A stretch of DNA of 64,000 bases from Isurus oxyrinchus (taxonomy: Eukaryota). The notes below the pieces were generated by a model. The model was not told where the DNA came from and ran no database searches. It saw only the letters and a list, made by a program, of their open reading frames with translations. The position numbers and the translations under genes are program-made. This document shows, in pieces, positions 25,461 through 38,284 of the stretch. Location of the stretch: positions 11,036,001-11,100,000 of the forward strand of contig JANJGN010000034.1 of NCBI GenBank assembly GCA_026770705.1, given 5' to 3'. Each line of letters opens with the position of its first letter. Position 1 is the first letter of the stretch.

Positions 25461-26024
25461 GTACAAGTTTAACCTGCTGAATATTATAATGGAGTCACAG
25501 CTCATTCACTAACTCAATTATAATAGTGTCAGCAAATTCCAGCGCCATTCAGCAGCTCAATCCTGAATCTACCTCTAGTTTGTACTCGGTGCACTTTCCA
25601 TCATGAACGATACCAAATGAACAAAGTCATTAGTACTTTCTGAAACTTGCTGCATATATGAAAGTCAAAGTTATAGGAACAGAAGAAATAGACAATGGCA
25701 TTGAAAGTGTTTGTTTTCTGAATTAAGATAAACACTTTAAAATGTCAGATTCACTTTCACAATCTGATAGCACCTGCAGTCTGCCCCGGCTTGTGTAAAC
25801 CTCCATCTTGTTCAGCCCATCTGAGTAGATTATCATCGTATTTATCGACACTAAATTGAATTATCTGCCTAGACTATAGTTTAAAGTCTATATGACCTCT
25901 CCCTTTTCCTTCTGTCAAATGTGGCACCTCACACCTCCCTGTAATCAATGCCAAGAAACATGTCTGCCCATGATGGTAACCTTTGTCATCATTGTCGCTG
26001 TCCACCAGTTTCTCAATTTGCTAT

Positions 26025-27147
26025 CACAGAATCACAGGATCAGAATCACAGAAACACATAGTGCAGAAGAGGCCCTTTGGCCCATCGTACCTGCACAGAC
26101 ATGTGAGAAACACCGGATCTACCTACCTAATCCCATTTAGCAGCACCTGGCCCATAGTCTTGAATATTATGACGTGCCAAGTGCTCATCAAGGTAATTTT
26201 TAAAGGATGTGAGGCAACCCGTCTACACCATCCTCTCAGGCCGTGCATTCCAAACCGTCAGCACCCTCTGGGTAAAAAGGTTTTTCCTCACATCCCCCTA
26301 AACCTCCTGCCCCTCACCTTGAACTTGTGTCCCCTCGTGACTGACTCTTCAACTAAGTTGAACAGCTGCTCCCCATCCACCCTATCCATGCCCCTCATAA
26401 TCTTGTACACCTCGATCAGGTCGCCCCCTTAGTCTTCTCTGCTCCAACGAAAGAAACCCATGTCTATCCAACCTCTCTTCAAAACCTAAACACTTCATCC
26501 CAGAGAACATCCTGGTGAATCTCCTCTGCAATCGCTCCTGTGCAATCACATCCTTCCTATAATGTGGCGACCAGAACTGCATATAATACTCCAGCTGTGG
26601 CCTCACCAAGGTTCCATACAACTCCAACATGACCTCCCTACTTTTATAATCTATGCCTCGATTGATAAAGGCAAGTGTGCCATATGCCTTTTTCATCACC
26701 CCACTAAGATGTCCCTCTGCCTTCAGAGATTTATGGACACACACGCCATGGTCACTTTGTTTCTCAGAACTCCTAGTGTCATGCCGTTCATTGAATACTT
26801 CCTTGTTAAATTACTCTTTCCAAAGCGTATCACTTATCAGTGTTAAATTCCATGTGCCACTTATCTGCCCATTTGACCATTCCGTCTCTATCTTCCTGTA
26901 GCCCAAGACACTCAACTAAACACCCAGCCAATCTTTTTGTCATCCGCAAACTTACTAATCCACCCTCCACATAGTCATCTATGTCGTTTATATAAAGGAT
27001 GAATAATAGGGGACCCAGCACAGATCCCTTCGGTAAGCCACTGGACACGGACTTCCACTCACTAAAGCATCCTTCTGTCATCACCCTCTGTCTCCTACAA
27101 CTAAGCCAATTTTGAATCCACCTTATCAAATTACCCTCTATCTCATG
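26025..27147 (-). mobile_element. CR1 LINE 3' fragment
   Basis: SGLPKGSVLGPLLFILYINDID; LELYGTLVRPQLEYYMQFWSPHYRKD. Confidence 0.88.
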
Positions 27148-28080
27148 TGAGACACTTTGTAATTTTATTCTGTATTGCAACATACAAGTCAATTATAAAT
27201 ATCAGAACATCAGTGGTCCTAGAAAGGACATTGGGGAGCACCAATGTTAACCATCCAGCAATTTTAAAAACAACCATTCACCAAGACTGGGTGAGTTCTT
27301 TCTTTAAGCTAATATTTTTAACCAAGCTGACAGACCTCCCTACTCCATGAGCCTTAATTTAAGTAACCAGACTTTTATGTGATGGTTTGTCAAACTCTTT
27401 CTTAGAAGCAGTACATGCAAAACCTATTGCTTCCCCGTCCACCCCCCACCAATCAACTTCCTCTGTTACTTCATTAAAAAAATCAATTCGCTTACTCAAG
27501 CATTATTTGTTTCTTACAAATCCGAGCTGGGTGCCCTCAGTTAAGCCAGGACTCTCCAAGACACCTACCAACAATGTAATGAATTAACCATTTAACATTA
27601 TAAGGTTTCATCATATGAACTTTTGCCTTCATAGCCGAACCTATGAAGAAACAAATCAATCCAGCCCAAAGGACGATGTTAAAAGGAACAACATTAGGGA
27701 AATAATTTGACTTTTTTCCCCAAGCACTGGCAGCTAAAAGCATATTTTTTGGGAACATGTTACATATAAATATCAGTTGCATTTCCTCTGGTCTGAGAAA
27801 TCTCCCACAACATCTCTCAGGGCAAATCTAGTTGGGATGAACATTCCAGTGATTAACTATGATTTTTTTTTTTGCTAAGGGTTAACCTGATTTGTTTGAA
27901 AATATAACATGCAATTGGACTTATGTTATATTAACTGTTTGCTTTATTTATTTTTTAAAATGTATTTCCTTTGCAGAGTCGACCATGACTATCGTGGCTC
28001 TTTCAACAGCTAAATTAATGGATTATAGAAACTGCAACTGTTACTTATAATTGTTCCGTATATTTTTATCCTCTTTTTAA

Positions 28081-28368
28081 ATAAACCCATAATAATAGTG
28101 GGGTCAACCTCCAGTACCTCAGAATATTGGAATAAGTGTACCTGCAGAATTAGAGCCAATCCACCTGCAAACATTACATGGGGCCGCAATGGGAGAATCC
28201 TCCCTGGGATTATGTCAGATGTGGAAATGATGACCTGGGCGGCGAATAGGTCCTTGGTGCAGAGCTCGCTGAGACCGGTCCTACCAACGGGAACTGGTAA
28301 CATAATTTCATGTAAAGCAGCAAATAAACACGGTGATTCTATCAGCAAATAGCAGCTCCACACTGAGG
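28081..28368 (+). pseudogene. Inactivated duplicate (pseudo-exon) of Siglec-like exon 4
   Basis: Same 288-nt length and alignable to 25173-25460, with flanking intron homology; acceptor AG>AA (28079-28080), TAC>TAG stop (28350-28352), donor GT>GC (28369-28370), first Cys lost. Confidence 0.88.
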
Positions 28369-28719
28369 GCACTTCTTTAATCTATTGAATACTATAATGG
28401 AGTCACAGCTCGGTCACAAATTCAATCATAATAGTATCAGCAAATTCCAGCTCCATTTATCAGTTCAATACTAAATCTATCGCTAAGTGCACTTTCCATC
28501 AATGACTAATCAGCAATTAGAGGGATCAGGATCTTCGATTTTAAAATTCAGACAGCTGACACTTGCCAAATTATCCTGAAAATGACATTTTTTTCGAATT
28601 AAAATAAACAGTGAAGAAAGTCCAATTCCTTCTCAGAATATAATAGTAAACCGCTGTCTATACTATCAGCAGCCCCCACCAAAACCCCTACATCAGATGC
28701 CCATTTCTATTTCGCTCAG

Positions 28720-29785
28720 GCTCAAAGAGGGAGAGATGGTGTATTTCAGATACACAGGGAATGCTCTGGGGACCCGGGTTCAATTTCCAATGAAACCATT
28801 GCCAATTGTTGTAAAAACCTCATCTGGTACACTAACGTCCTTTAGGAAAGTGAATCTGCTGTCGTTATCTGGTCTGGCTTACAGGTGATTCCAGGCCCGC
28901 AACAGAGGTTGTGGTTGACTCTAAAATGTCCTCTGAACAAGGGTAATTAGGGATGGGCTAGTGCATGGCCTAGTCAGTGATGCCCGCACGCAATGAACGA
29001 ATAAAAAAAATAAGCGGTTATAATGCTGGTCTTCATTAATCCAAGCTCAATTAATGCAGTCAAGCTGATAGAGCCATACAAGCATAGAATGGAGATTGGA
29101 AAAGTAACTGTTTCAGATCACTGTATACAACTTAATGAAGCTCTGGAATATATAGAGTCAACAATTCATTTTAGGGCAGATTATGGGGGTGGAATGTTTT
29201 GATATCACTGGACCAGTAATCAAGAGACCCAGGCTAATGCGTAGGGGACATGGGTTCAAATCCCATCATGGCAGCTGGTGGAATTGAAATTTCATTAATA
29301 AAATCTGTGATTCGAAACTGTTTTCAGTGATGGTGACCGTGAAACTGAAAAAAAAAACCCACCTGATTCAATAATCTCCTTTATGGAAGGAAATCTGCCA
29401 TTGTTACCTGGCCTGACGTACATGTGGTTGACTCTTAAATGCCCCCTTTGTTTTTTTTTTTGCAATGCGTTCATGGGATGTAGGTGCCACTGGCTAGGTG
29501 GACATTGGTTGTCCATCCCTAATTGCGCTTGTTCAGAGGGCATTTTTTAAGAGTCAACCACGTTGCTGTGTGCCTAGAGTCGCACGTAGAGCAGCCCAGG
29601 TAATGACAGCAGCTTTCCTTCCCTAAGGAATATTAATGAGCCAGATGGGTTTTTACAACAATGGTTGCATGGTCATCATCAGACTTTGAATACCAGGTTT
29701 TTATTGAATTCATATTTCACCATCTGCCACGGTGGAGTTCGCACCTGGGTCGCCAGAGAATTAGCTTCGTTCTCTGGAATACCAG
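28720..29785. mobile_element. Cluster of three tRNA-derived SINEs (+28720-29010, +29190-29450, -29450-29785)
   Basis: Box B-like GGGTTCAAATCCC; body CCATCTGG...GGAAGGAAATCTGC...GTGGTTGACTCTTAAATGCCC; tail TTAGGGATGG...TGAA. Confidence 0.8.
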
Positions 29786-29869
29786 CCCAATTCATTATGA
29801 GAGAGGCAGTAACAGGACGTTTAGTAAATCATAATGCAATTGAGCAGAGTCATCATGTTTTCAACGGAG

Positions 29870-30750
29870 AATGAAGAGACTACAAAGGGATATAGATAGG
29901 TCACGTGAGCGGGGGAAATGCCGATGGAGTGTAAAGTGGATAAATGTGAACTTGTTCACTTTAGCAGGAAAGAGAAAACAGTATTTTATTTAAATGGAGG
30001 AAGATTGCAGAACTTTACTGGACAGAGGGTCCTGGTTGTCCTGGTGCATGAATCACAGGAAGTTTACATGCAGGTGCAGCAAGTGGTTGGACAGGCACGT
30101 GGAATGTTGGCCTTTATTGCAAGGGGAAATCGGGCATAAAAGTAGGGAGGTGTTACTACAGCTGTACTGGGCCTTAGCGAGGTCGCTTCTGGAGTATTGT
30201 GTACAGATTTGGTCTTCTCAGCCAATGAAGGATCTAAGTGCATTTGAGGCAGTTCAGAAAAGGGTTCACTCGACTGATTTCTTGGATGGAGGGGTTATCT
30301 CACAGGGAAAGGTTGAGTAGTTTGGGCCTATACCAGGTTTGCAGGTTTACATAATGAAAGCTGTTGTCGTTGAATCATATAAGATCCTGAGGTAACTTGA
30401 CAGGTTCGATGCTGAGAAGATGTTTCCATTTGTGGAGGGTTCTAGCACTGGGGCCATAGTTTAAAAGTTAGGGGTCTCCCACTTAAGACAGAGATGAGAT
30501 TATCTTTTTCACTCTCAGGGTCGTAAATCTGTGAGATTCACTTCCCAAAGGAGGAGTGGAGGCGGGGTCCTTGAATATATTTAAGTCCGTTAGACAGATT
30601 TTTTCGCCAGCTAGGGAGTGGAGGATTATGGGGACAAGCAGGAAAAAGGAGTTGTGATCACAATCAGTGCAACCATGATCTTATTGAATGGTGGAGCAGG
30701 CTCGAGGGGCCGAATGGCCTATTCTTGCTCTTATTTCTCGTGCTCTCGTG
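29870..30750 (+). mobile_element. CR1 LINE 3' fragment
   Basis: DKCELVHF; LLQLYWALARSLLEYCVQIWS; GGGCCGAATGGCCT tail. Confidence 0.83.
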
Positions 30751-31269
30751 TATCTGCCTCTAGGATGCTCCTCATCAAATAAGGTCATAGATGATCATTG
30801 ACCTCAATTCCACATGTCGCGAGTTCCTCACATCCTTTGTTTTCTCTCTGGTCCGAAGCGTATCTCAGCCTTGAATAGGCTCAGTAGCTAACATTCACAG
30901 CTCTCCGGAATAGAGAATTCCAAAGGTTTGTAATCCTGAGTTTAGAAATATCACATTTGAATCATAGCCTGAGACCATTCCAGCCCGAACCCATTTGTAG
31001 TTTCCAAAGGAAGACCATGAAATGAGATATTCTTTAAAATTGAAGCAGGAAATTAGGGATAATCGAAAGGGCTTGTTAGAGACTGAAATGATATATTGAA
31101 TAGGAAGCGACACACTTTGAGTATAATATGGATATATGATGGTTATCGAGGTTATACTTGGGAAATTAATCTATGTTAGGTCATTATCCCCATGCTATGA
31201 AGTTTGATATTGCCTTGGTAACGCACATACTGCTATATATGGATGGTTCTTGTTAGTTGTCTCACGGGC

Positions 31270-32570
31270 AGAACTTATTGGTTCCTCTCTTAATCGAAGT
31301 TTCCCACCCATGGTGGTTGACAGGGCCCTCAACGGTGTCCATTTCATCTCCTGCACCTCTGCCCTCACACCTTCCTCTCCCTTCAGAACCATGATAGGTT
31401 CCCCCTTGGCCTCACTTTTCACTCCACCAGCCTCCACATTCAAAGGATCAATCTCTGCCATTTCCTCCAACTCCAATATGATGTCACCACCAAACACATC
31501 TTCTCTTTATCCCTCCCCCACCCCTTTTTGGCATTCCGTAGGGACCATTCACTCCAGGACACCCTGGCACACTCCTCCATTACCCCCTACACCTCAATCC
31601 CCTCCCACGGCACTTTCTACACAATCAAAGAAGGTGCAACACCTATCCCTTTAATTCCCTCCTCCTCAACATGCAAGGCCCAAACACTCCTTTCAAGTGA
31701 AGCAGTGCTTCTCTAGCACTTCCCTCAATTTGGTCTACTGCATTCTCTGCTCCCAATGCGGTCTCCTCACGCAGATTGTGTGACTGCTTTGCAGAACTCC
31801 TTCAGTCTGTCCGCAAAGATGACCCAGACCTCCCTGTCGCTTGCCATTTCAACACACCACTCTGTTCTCATTGTCACATGACCGTCCTTGGCCTGCTGCA
31901 GTTTTCCAGTGAATCTCAGCGCAAACTGGAGGAACAGCACCTCATCTTCCGATTAGGCACTTTACAGCCTTAGGGACTCAAACATTGAGTTCAACAACCT
32001 CAGACCATGAACTCTCTCCTCCATCCTCACCCCTTTTTGATCCCTTTTTTCCAACCTGTATTTTCCGACCTATATTTATTTTTTAAAAATATTAATTTCC
32101 ATTTTTGTTCATTGTTTTATTCGCACCTCTGAGACTATTTTGATCTTTTTCCCACACCGTCCCCTCCCCCTACGCCAGCCCCACTAGGGCTATCTATCAC
32201 TTGTTCATCCTGCTTTCTACTCTTAGTGTCACCATTAGCACCTCCTTTAGCCAGTATCACCATCAACACCGGTTCTACCTTTTGTTTTTGACATTTTTTG
32301 CAATCTCTCCTTTGTCTCCACCTATCACTGGCCCTCTCTCCAGCTTCTCCTGTCCCCCCCACCCCCCCCCCCCCCCCCACCCTCACCCCGCCATTTAACA
32401 GCATGCATTTTACCATATTTTTACTTCTCTTTAGTTCTAAAGAAGAGTCATGCGGACTCGAAACGTAAACTCTGTCTTTCGCTCCACAGGTGCTGTCAGA
32501 CCTGCTGATTTTTTCCAGCACTTTTTGTTATCGTTTCAGATTTCCAGGATCCGCAGTATTTCGCCTTTTC
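31270..32570 (+). mobile_element. Penelope-like element 3' fragment, degenerate
   Basis: Homologous to about 13245-14480 (VVDRALN, FRRDHSL.DTL, LPVACHFN, KLEEQHLIFRLGTLQP). Confidence 0.88.
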
Positions 32571-33584
32571 GTTAGAATTTTTTGGTTCCTTTTTACTGCC
32601 CGTGAAGAGTAAGTTAGCATCTAAGGGATGTGTGTTTCCACATCATCGCAGAGATTGTCCCCATTAAATAATTGCAGCAGCAAGCTTTTTATGAGATTTA
32701 AAATAAACTAGGTCATTTATTACCCCGCACTTAGCCCAGATGTTTGAAAAAATGGCGGCTCACTCACGAGTTTTGCAAAGTCTATCACAAACGCAAAGAC
32801 ACAGATGAAGATAAAACAACATGGCTGCAAATTATAATTATCCCAGCCTCGTTCGTGGTAGGCCTATAGTTTCTTCGATGCGTTGATGCCCTAGTTGAAG
32901 CGAAGGACGATGAAGCAGACCCTTTTGATCCAGTTTTGGAAAAGGGCATTGATTCAGCATCAGCCTTGGAGATTCCTTTTGTCCCCTCTTGAGGCAAGGA
33001 AGTGGGGTCAGTTCACAAAAGTACGGTGAGCCTCAGGCAGGGATCTTTTTGAAGCCTTATGTGATCAGTTTTAAAATATGAAGCAAAATTCAGGAAATAT
33101 TGGGCCACGACAATTTGCTAGGGTCAGATGTTATTGCTGTGCTAAAGCATCTCCCCATGCACTGAGAGATTCACGACCTGTTGCCGAGGCTGAGACATGT
33201 ACATGACATTGTACTCGGGCACTCCATTAGTTTCACTTTCACTTGAGCTTGCCGTAAATGAAACCAAGACTGATGTAAGTATTGCAGCTCCACACAGGAC
33301 ACAAAACAGGGCCATAAATGTGCCTGAAATCTAGTTCCAAAGCCTGTCAGAGGAATGAGTTCAAAGGCTGCCCGTTCCTTGTGGGGTGAAGAGTACACAA
33401 CACAATAACAGAACCACAACCAGGATTTTTAATGAGATTAAGTCCTGAGTTTTGGGAAATTATAGAATAAATCAGATTTATACTTATTTAATATGAAAAT
33501 TGTATTTACACCCAGATACAAGTTGCCTTGCAACTAAGTTGTAACTTCGCGCAATGTTGAACAAGATATTTTTGACTATTTCAG

Positions 33585-33669
33585 TAATATCCCCCTGGAT
33601 TTATGTCATCCCAGTTGGAGCAGTCGTCGCATTTATCATTCTGATTCTGATCCCGGTGAAGTTACAGAG
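33585..33669 (+). CDS. Siglec-like receptor, exon 5 (transmembrane)
   Basis: TTTCAG acceptor; VISPWIYVIPVGAVVAFIILILIPVKLQ(R), uncharged TM; AG|GTAGGT donor; phase 1 in, phase 2 out. Confidence 0.85.
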
Positions 33670-35024
33670 GTAGGTGTGTGCTGCTTAAATAGTTAAACAC
33701 AGATTTAAAGTTTGCGAGGCAGAGCTATTGCTTAATAAGGTTTGCCCTGAAACTCCTGGCCCTGACAATGAGCTAAGAGTTGTGAAGGAGTTGCCAATGG
33801 AATCCAAGCTGTTATGTAATGAAAATAACAGAATGACAGAGGCTCATGTCCCCTGGTCAATCCCGCACTCGGCTATTGATCTGAATGAGCTCTCACGTGC
33901 ATGTGGGAATGAAATAATTTGTTAGCCCCAATTCTCCAGAGCCGAATGAAGAAACAGTAAGCGAATTATATTTGACAAAAGTAATTTGGAATTGAAAACT
34001 GAACACAATCTAGGCTTCTAAACTGAACGCGAAGAATTAAGTTCAATCTCCACCAATCTATATTTAATCTGTGCAATATCAGTCACTACTGTTTGAGTGC
34101 AATATTGGAATACATTTCCTTCTGGTGTGCTGGGTGCTCGAGTCTAGTCTTGCCTTCAAGAGGTAATTGAATTAGTTTCTTAGAGGTGAATCACAGTGAA
34201 CTTCAGTGTTGTTAAAGGTAAGACCTGCTCCCGGTGGTCTCCGGGACTGGTTTCGACAACCTGATGGGATCTACGAGGACTTCAAAGGATAATGTTCCTC
34301 TTATTCCCAGAACTCTTCCTGCCTCCCCCTGGAGCTTGCGGGAGGGAGTGTGAGGAAGGGATTGAGAGACTCTAATTGGAGGAACCATTTGCCAGGGAAG
34401 TTCTAACCCTGACTGGCCCCCTGATCGCTGCTTTCTTTGTTCGTCATTTTCATTTATTTTAACAGGAAGTCCGGCCTACTAGTTTGGAAATTTGCTTTAG
34501 GATATTACATTAATCTCTCCAGTCAGCCCTGCATACAACGTGTTAAATCAATATCGAGAACTCCTGCCTATAAACAATGTGTCAACCGACGAAACACTTG
34601 TTTGCTACTTAATATATTGTTAAGACTCTGTATGAAGCATCTAATCACCTCTTCAACGTCGTGTTAACAAACAGTAACTCTCCCTTACATGTGTTAGGTG
34701 TGCACACGTTTTATTTAAAAATTAATTCATTTATCTTTTAAATAATGTTAACTTAATGTGTGGAATAACTGTGCCCGATATTTGGCCAGGTGTTACATCT
34801 CTACACAAGCGATGAAGCTCTCTGCTGACTGATAAATTCTCCCAGTACTGGTGACTCAAGCTCATTGATCAGCTTTCTGAGATAGAGGGAAACCTTCACA
34901 TAGAAAGATGGATGTTTACTGACAATAAGTAAACAGGAACCAAACTGGGTCTATGTGGATCAGGAAACGATAGACAGCCAATTTCCTGATGCTACAGCAC
35001 GCAGCTATAATTGAACAAAGCACC

Positions 35025-35115
35025 GAAAAGAATGCAGACTCGAAACGTTAACTCTGCCTTTCTCTCCGCAGATGCTGTTAGACCTGCTGAGTTTTTCCAG
35101 GATTTTCTGTTATTG
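35025..35115 (+). mobile_element. Penelope terminal-repeat fragment
   Basis: GACTCGAAACGTTAACTC...CAGATGCTGTTAGACCTGCTGAGTTTTTCCAG. Confidence 0.7.
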
Positions 35116-35192
35116 TTGCTATAACTGAACACACTGGTACTAGTAGGTTCTAAACAGCTGTGAGATTAATCTTACTTTTATTTCATAATCAG

Positions 35193-35280
35193 GAAGATGA
35201 AAAGTGACATTGCTTGTGTCCCCACAGCCAACGACGACTGGACGACTTATGCTGTGGTGCAACACCCCTGGACCACCCAG
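35193..35280 (+). CDS. Siglec-like receptor, exon 6 (cytoplasmic, ITSM TTYAVV)
   Basis: ATCAG acceptor; phase 2 in: (R)KMKSDIACVPTANDDWTTYAVVQHPWTTQ; CAG|GTTAGT donor, phase 0. Confidence 0.83.
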
Positions 35281-35669
35281 GTTAGTGACGGGAAGGAAAC
35301 TGACCAATGCCGAAAGGAGATATCTACCAGATTATTAATCTGTTTCTAACCACACTAAACGTGCAATTCAACCATTTAACGAGTGCTGTGAAACCTTGTT
35401 TGACTGAGCTTTCTGATGATGGACAGGCTACCCCAATCCACTGACTGGAGGTGATGCCTTGGACATTGACCTGCTGAATATGGCATGGACATTTCTTGTC
35501 TAACAGGTTTATGTTGAAATTGAAATATAGAATGTAAAGCACTTTTTGTAATTGAGTATGAACAATAGATTAGTATCAGAGATAGAATGAAAGAGATTAT
35601 TCTATTACAGATATGACAATCATATCCATTCCACTAGTTCCATGTCTAACACACAGCTTTCTGTTACAG

Positions 35670-35834
35670 AGCCATGTCTCGGACAGTAATGCTGATGTTC
35701 GAGAGACTACATCCAAATCAGCTGCAAGTGAGGAGCTTCTATATGCATCATTCAGTTTCTCGAACTTTCACAAATCTGAAAATCATTTGCAGATTCAGGA
35801 GTCCAGTGAATATGCTGTTATTAAATGTAAATAA
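35670..35834 (+). CDS. Siglec-like receptor, exon 7 (cytoplasmic ITIM-like motifs, stop)
   Basis: TTACAG acceptor; SHVSDS...EELLYASFSF...SSEYAVIKCK*, resembling the CD33-related Siglec tail (ELHYASL.F / TEYSEIK). The seven exons sum to 1326 nt = 441 aa plus stop. Confidence 0.88.
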   Translation, partial: SHVSDSNADVRETTSKSAASEELLYASFSFSNFHKSENHLQIQESSEYAVIKCK

Positions 35835-36872
35835 GATGTAGGTGGATTCACCCCATTCTCACAAATGGAGTTTATCAATAGCTGAACACAACTTGTTCAA
35901 TGACTTAGAACAGGAAGACCATATTGTAGAAAGTGTTTTGAGAATGGTGATCTATCAGAAATTAATTGCTAACATGTTAAGTTCTCACTGTGGGGAGTTT
36001 TGACCTACAGTCCCAAATCTGTTTCCAATCCCAATATGCTGCTGAAATGGGGTAGGGACGGCTCTCTATAGGTCAATTGGACTGTCCGGCTGTTTATTCC
36101 TTATAATATTATCTCGTGCTTCCTCCGTTGGACCTTGTTTCATGCAGGATTCCCGGTTGGCTTGTGAAATAGCTTCATTTGGAACTGTTGACTCTCTCCA
36201 TTGAAGCCCTTACCATGTCCAGTGTAATGAACGATGACCTCAGTGGCAAATTGCAGCAGATATTAACAAAGAGTCGGACTGAGATTAAATCCTTCAAACC
36301 TGACTTCATGCTTAAATCTTTTAACCCATTGTTGAATACGGTGGATTAAAAGGCAACTTCCACATTTAACGTCTCAGTCTTTCCTGTCCTGAGTTTGATA
36401 TGATGAGCTCATGGGGTCGAAGCCAGTCAGATCAGTTAAGCATCAAAATTTCGACGTGGGACTGGAGTCACATTTTTAAGGACACGAGTGAAATAACCTC
36501 CTGTCACGTCACATCAGCTTCGTGGTCACTTTTACTGAAATCAGTGTTTTTTTTTAATTTATTTCCAAATTTGTGAAAACTGTTTTCACAGTATTAAAAT
36601 GCCATAGTTAGATTTTAACCCTTTTATAATGAATTACTCACCTAATGACATAATATCATTGATAGCATGGGCAGCTGTTTTGCCACAGGGAACTGACAAC
36701 TGTGTTCAGCAAGTTCCTTGGGTCACTTTCCTGTGCTCTGTTGTGCAACAGCACTGTTTAACCTTGATCCCTAGCTTTATGGCAGCAATAGCTAGCAGGT
36801 CGCTCTGTAGAGAAACTTTAAATGTCTCCCCAGGTGGCCACATTAGATTGGGAGCCGCTCCCAGCCCAGTGC

Positions 36873-36959
36873 AATAAATGTTCAGCTTGGTGCCAAATTC
36901 CATTCGGCTGGCTGCTGCAATGGGTGAGCATTCATCTTCTGGATGAACGAATTAATAAA
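36873..36959 (+). terminator. Candidate polyadenylation signals of the Siglec-like gene
   Basis: AATAAA at 36873-36878 and 36954-36959, about 1 kb after the stop; the second is followed by a T-rich tract. Confidence 0.35.
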
Positions 36960-37454
36960 GTATCAGCGCCAATCACCTCCTGAAACCTGTTTATTTTGTG
37001 ATCAAGGTGAAGCAACCTCACACTCTGCTGGCGGATGGAAGCTACTACAAACGATGGCATGAGGGTCTCAGAGAATTTTAGTAACTAGATCAGGGGTTCC
37101 CTGCATCTGGATACAGATTCATGAAGTGTAAATGTTGAACGATGCTGCAACGAATTAATTAGAGGCTGGAGAAATAAAACACCCGTGAAATTCACATGAA
37201 CCTGAGGTCACTTTCATACTCAGCTATGAAGGGACGGAGGGAAGGAGAAACGTAGATTCATGGATAAGAAAGTAAGAGGGTTTTAGACAAAGAGGTAGGG
37301 AGGAAGCAAAAGCTGTAGAAGAAATGAACAGATAAAATCATGGGAAATATGAGGTGGTGAAAAGTAAAAGGGAGAAGCATGAGAGAAAGAGATGAGATTC
37401 TAACAACAAAGGGAGACAAGGAGGCTCTTGGAGCAGGACGAGTTAGCCCACAAC

Positions 37455-38060
37455 TCCATAAAACATAGGAGCATAAGTAGACCATTCAGCTCATTGAGTC
37501 TGCCCCGCCATTGAATGAGATTATGGCTGATCTAATAATCCTCAACTCCACTTTCCAGCCTTTGCCCCATAACCCTTGATTCCCTGGCTGATTAAAAATC
37601 TGTCTATCTCTGATTTGAATATGCTTAATGACCCAGTTTCTACAGCCCTCTCCAATAAAGAATTCCACAGATTACTACCCCCTGAGAGAAGAAATTCCTC
37701 CTCATCTCTGGTCCTAGGGGAAACAACCTCTCAGCATCTACCCTGTCAAGCCCCCTAAGAATCTTATATGTTTCAATAAGGTCGCCTCTCATTCTTCTAA
37801 ACTCCAATGAGTACAGGTCCAACTTACTCAACCTCTCCTCATAAGAAAATCCCTCCATACCGGGAATCACCCTGGTGAAAATTGTCTGAACTGCCTCCAA
37901 TTCCAGTATATCTATCCTTATATAAAGGGATGAAAAATGTTCACATTATTCTAGGTGCGGTCCAACTAGTGCCTTGTACAGCTTTAGCAAGACTTCCCTA
38001 TTTTACTAACGCATGTTTTCTGAAATAAGGCCCAAATTTCTATTTATTTTCCCTATTACC
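37455..38060 (-). mobile_element. CR1 LINE 3' fragment
   Basis: YEERLSKLDLYSLEFRRMRGDLIETYKILRG. Confidence 0.85.
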
Positions 38061-38284
38061 CGTTCTCCTTTTCAGATTCCATCCAATTCATCTATCCTCC
38101 TATTGATTAACATTTTGGAGCTTTGGCATTTACCCCCACACAGCACAAGCCCAAATCTGGGAGACACAAGTCTACAAGGGCCAGATATCGGCAAGAGGCA
38201 GGGGCTGAACAAGCTCGAGATTCAGAGACAGTATAAGCCCTCACAAATACACAGGCTGACCAGATAATGCTTCATAGTCTCAAA

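Noticed and set aside
32805-32869. Hydrophobic peptide DEDKTTWLQIIIIPASFVVGL* in intron 4, a possible relic TM or GPI exon
   Set aside because: The preceding CAG has no polypyrimidine tract and similarity to the true TM exon is marginal.
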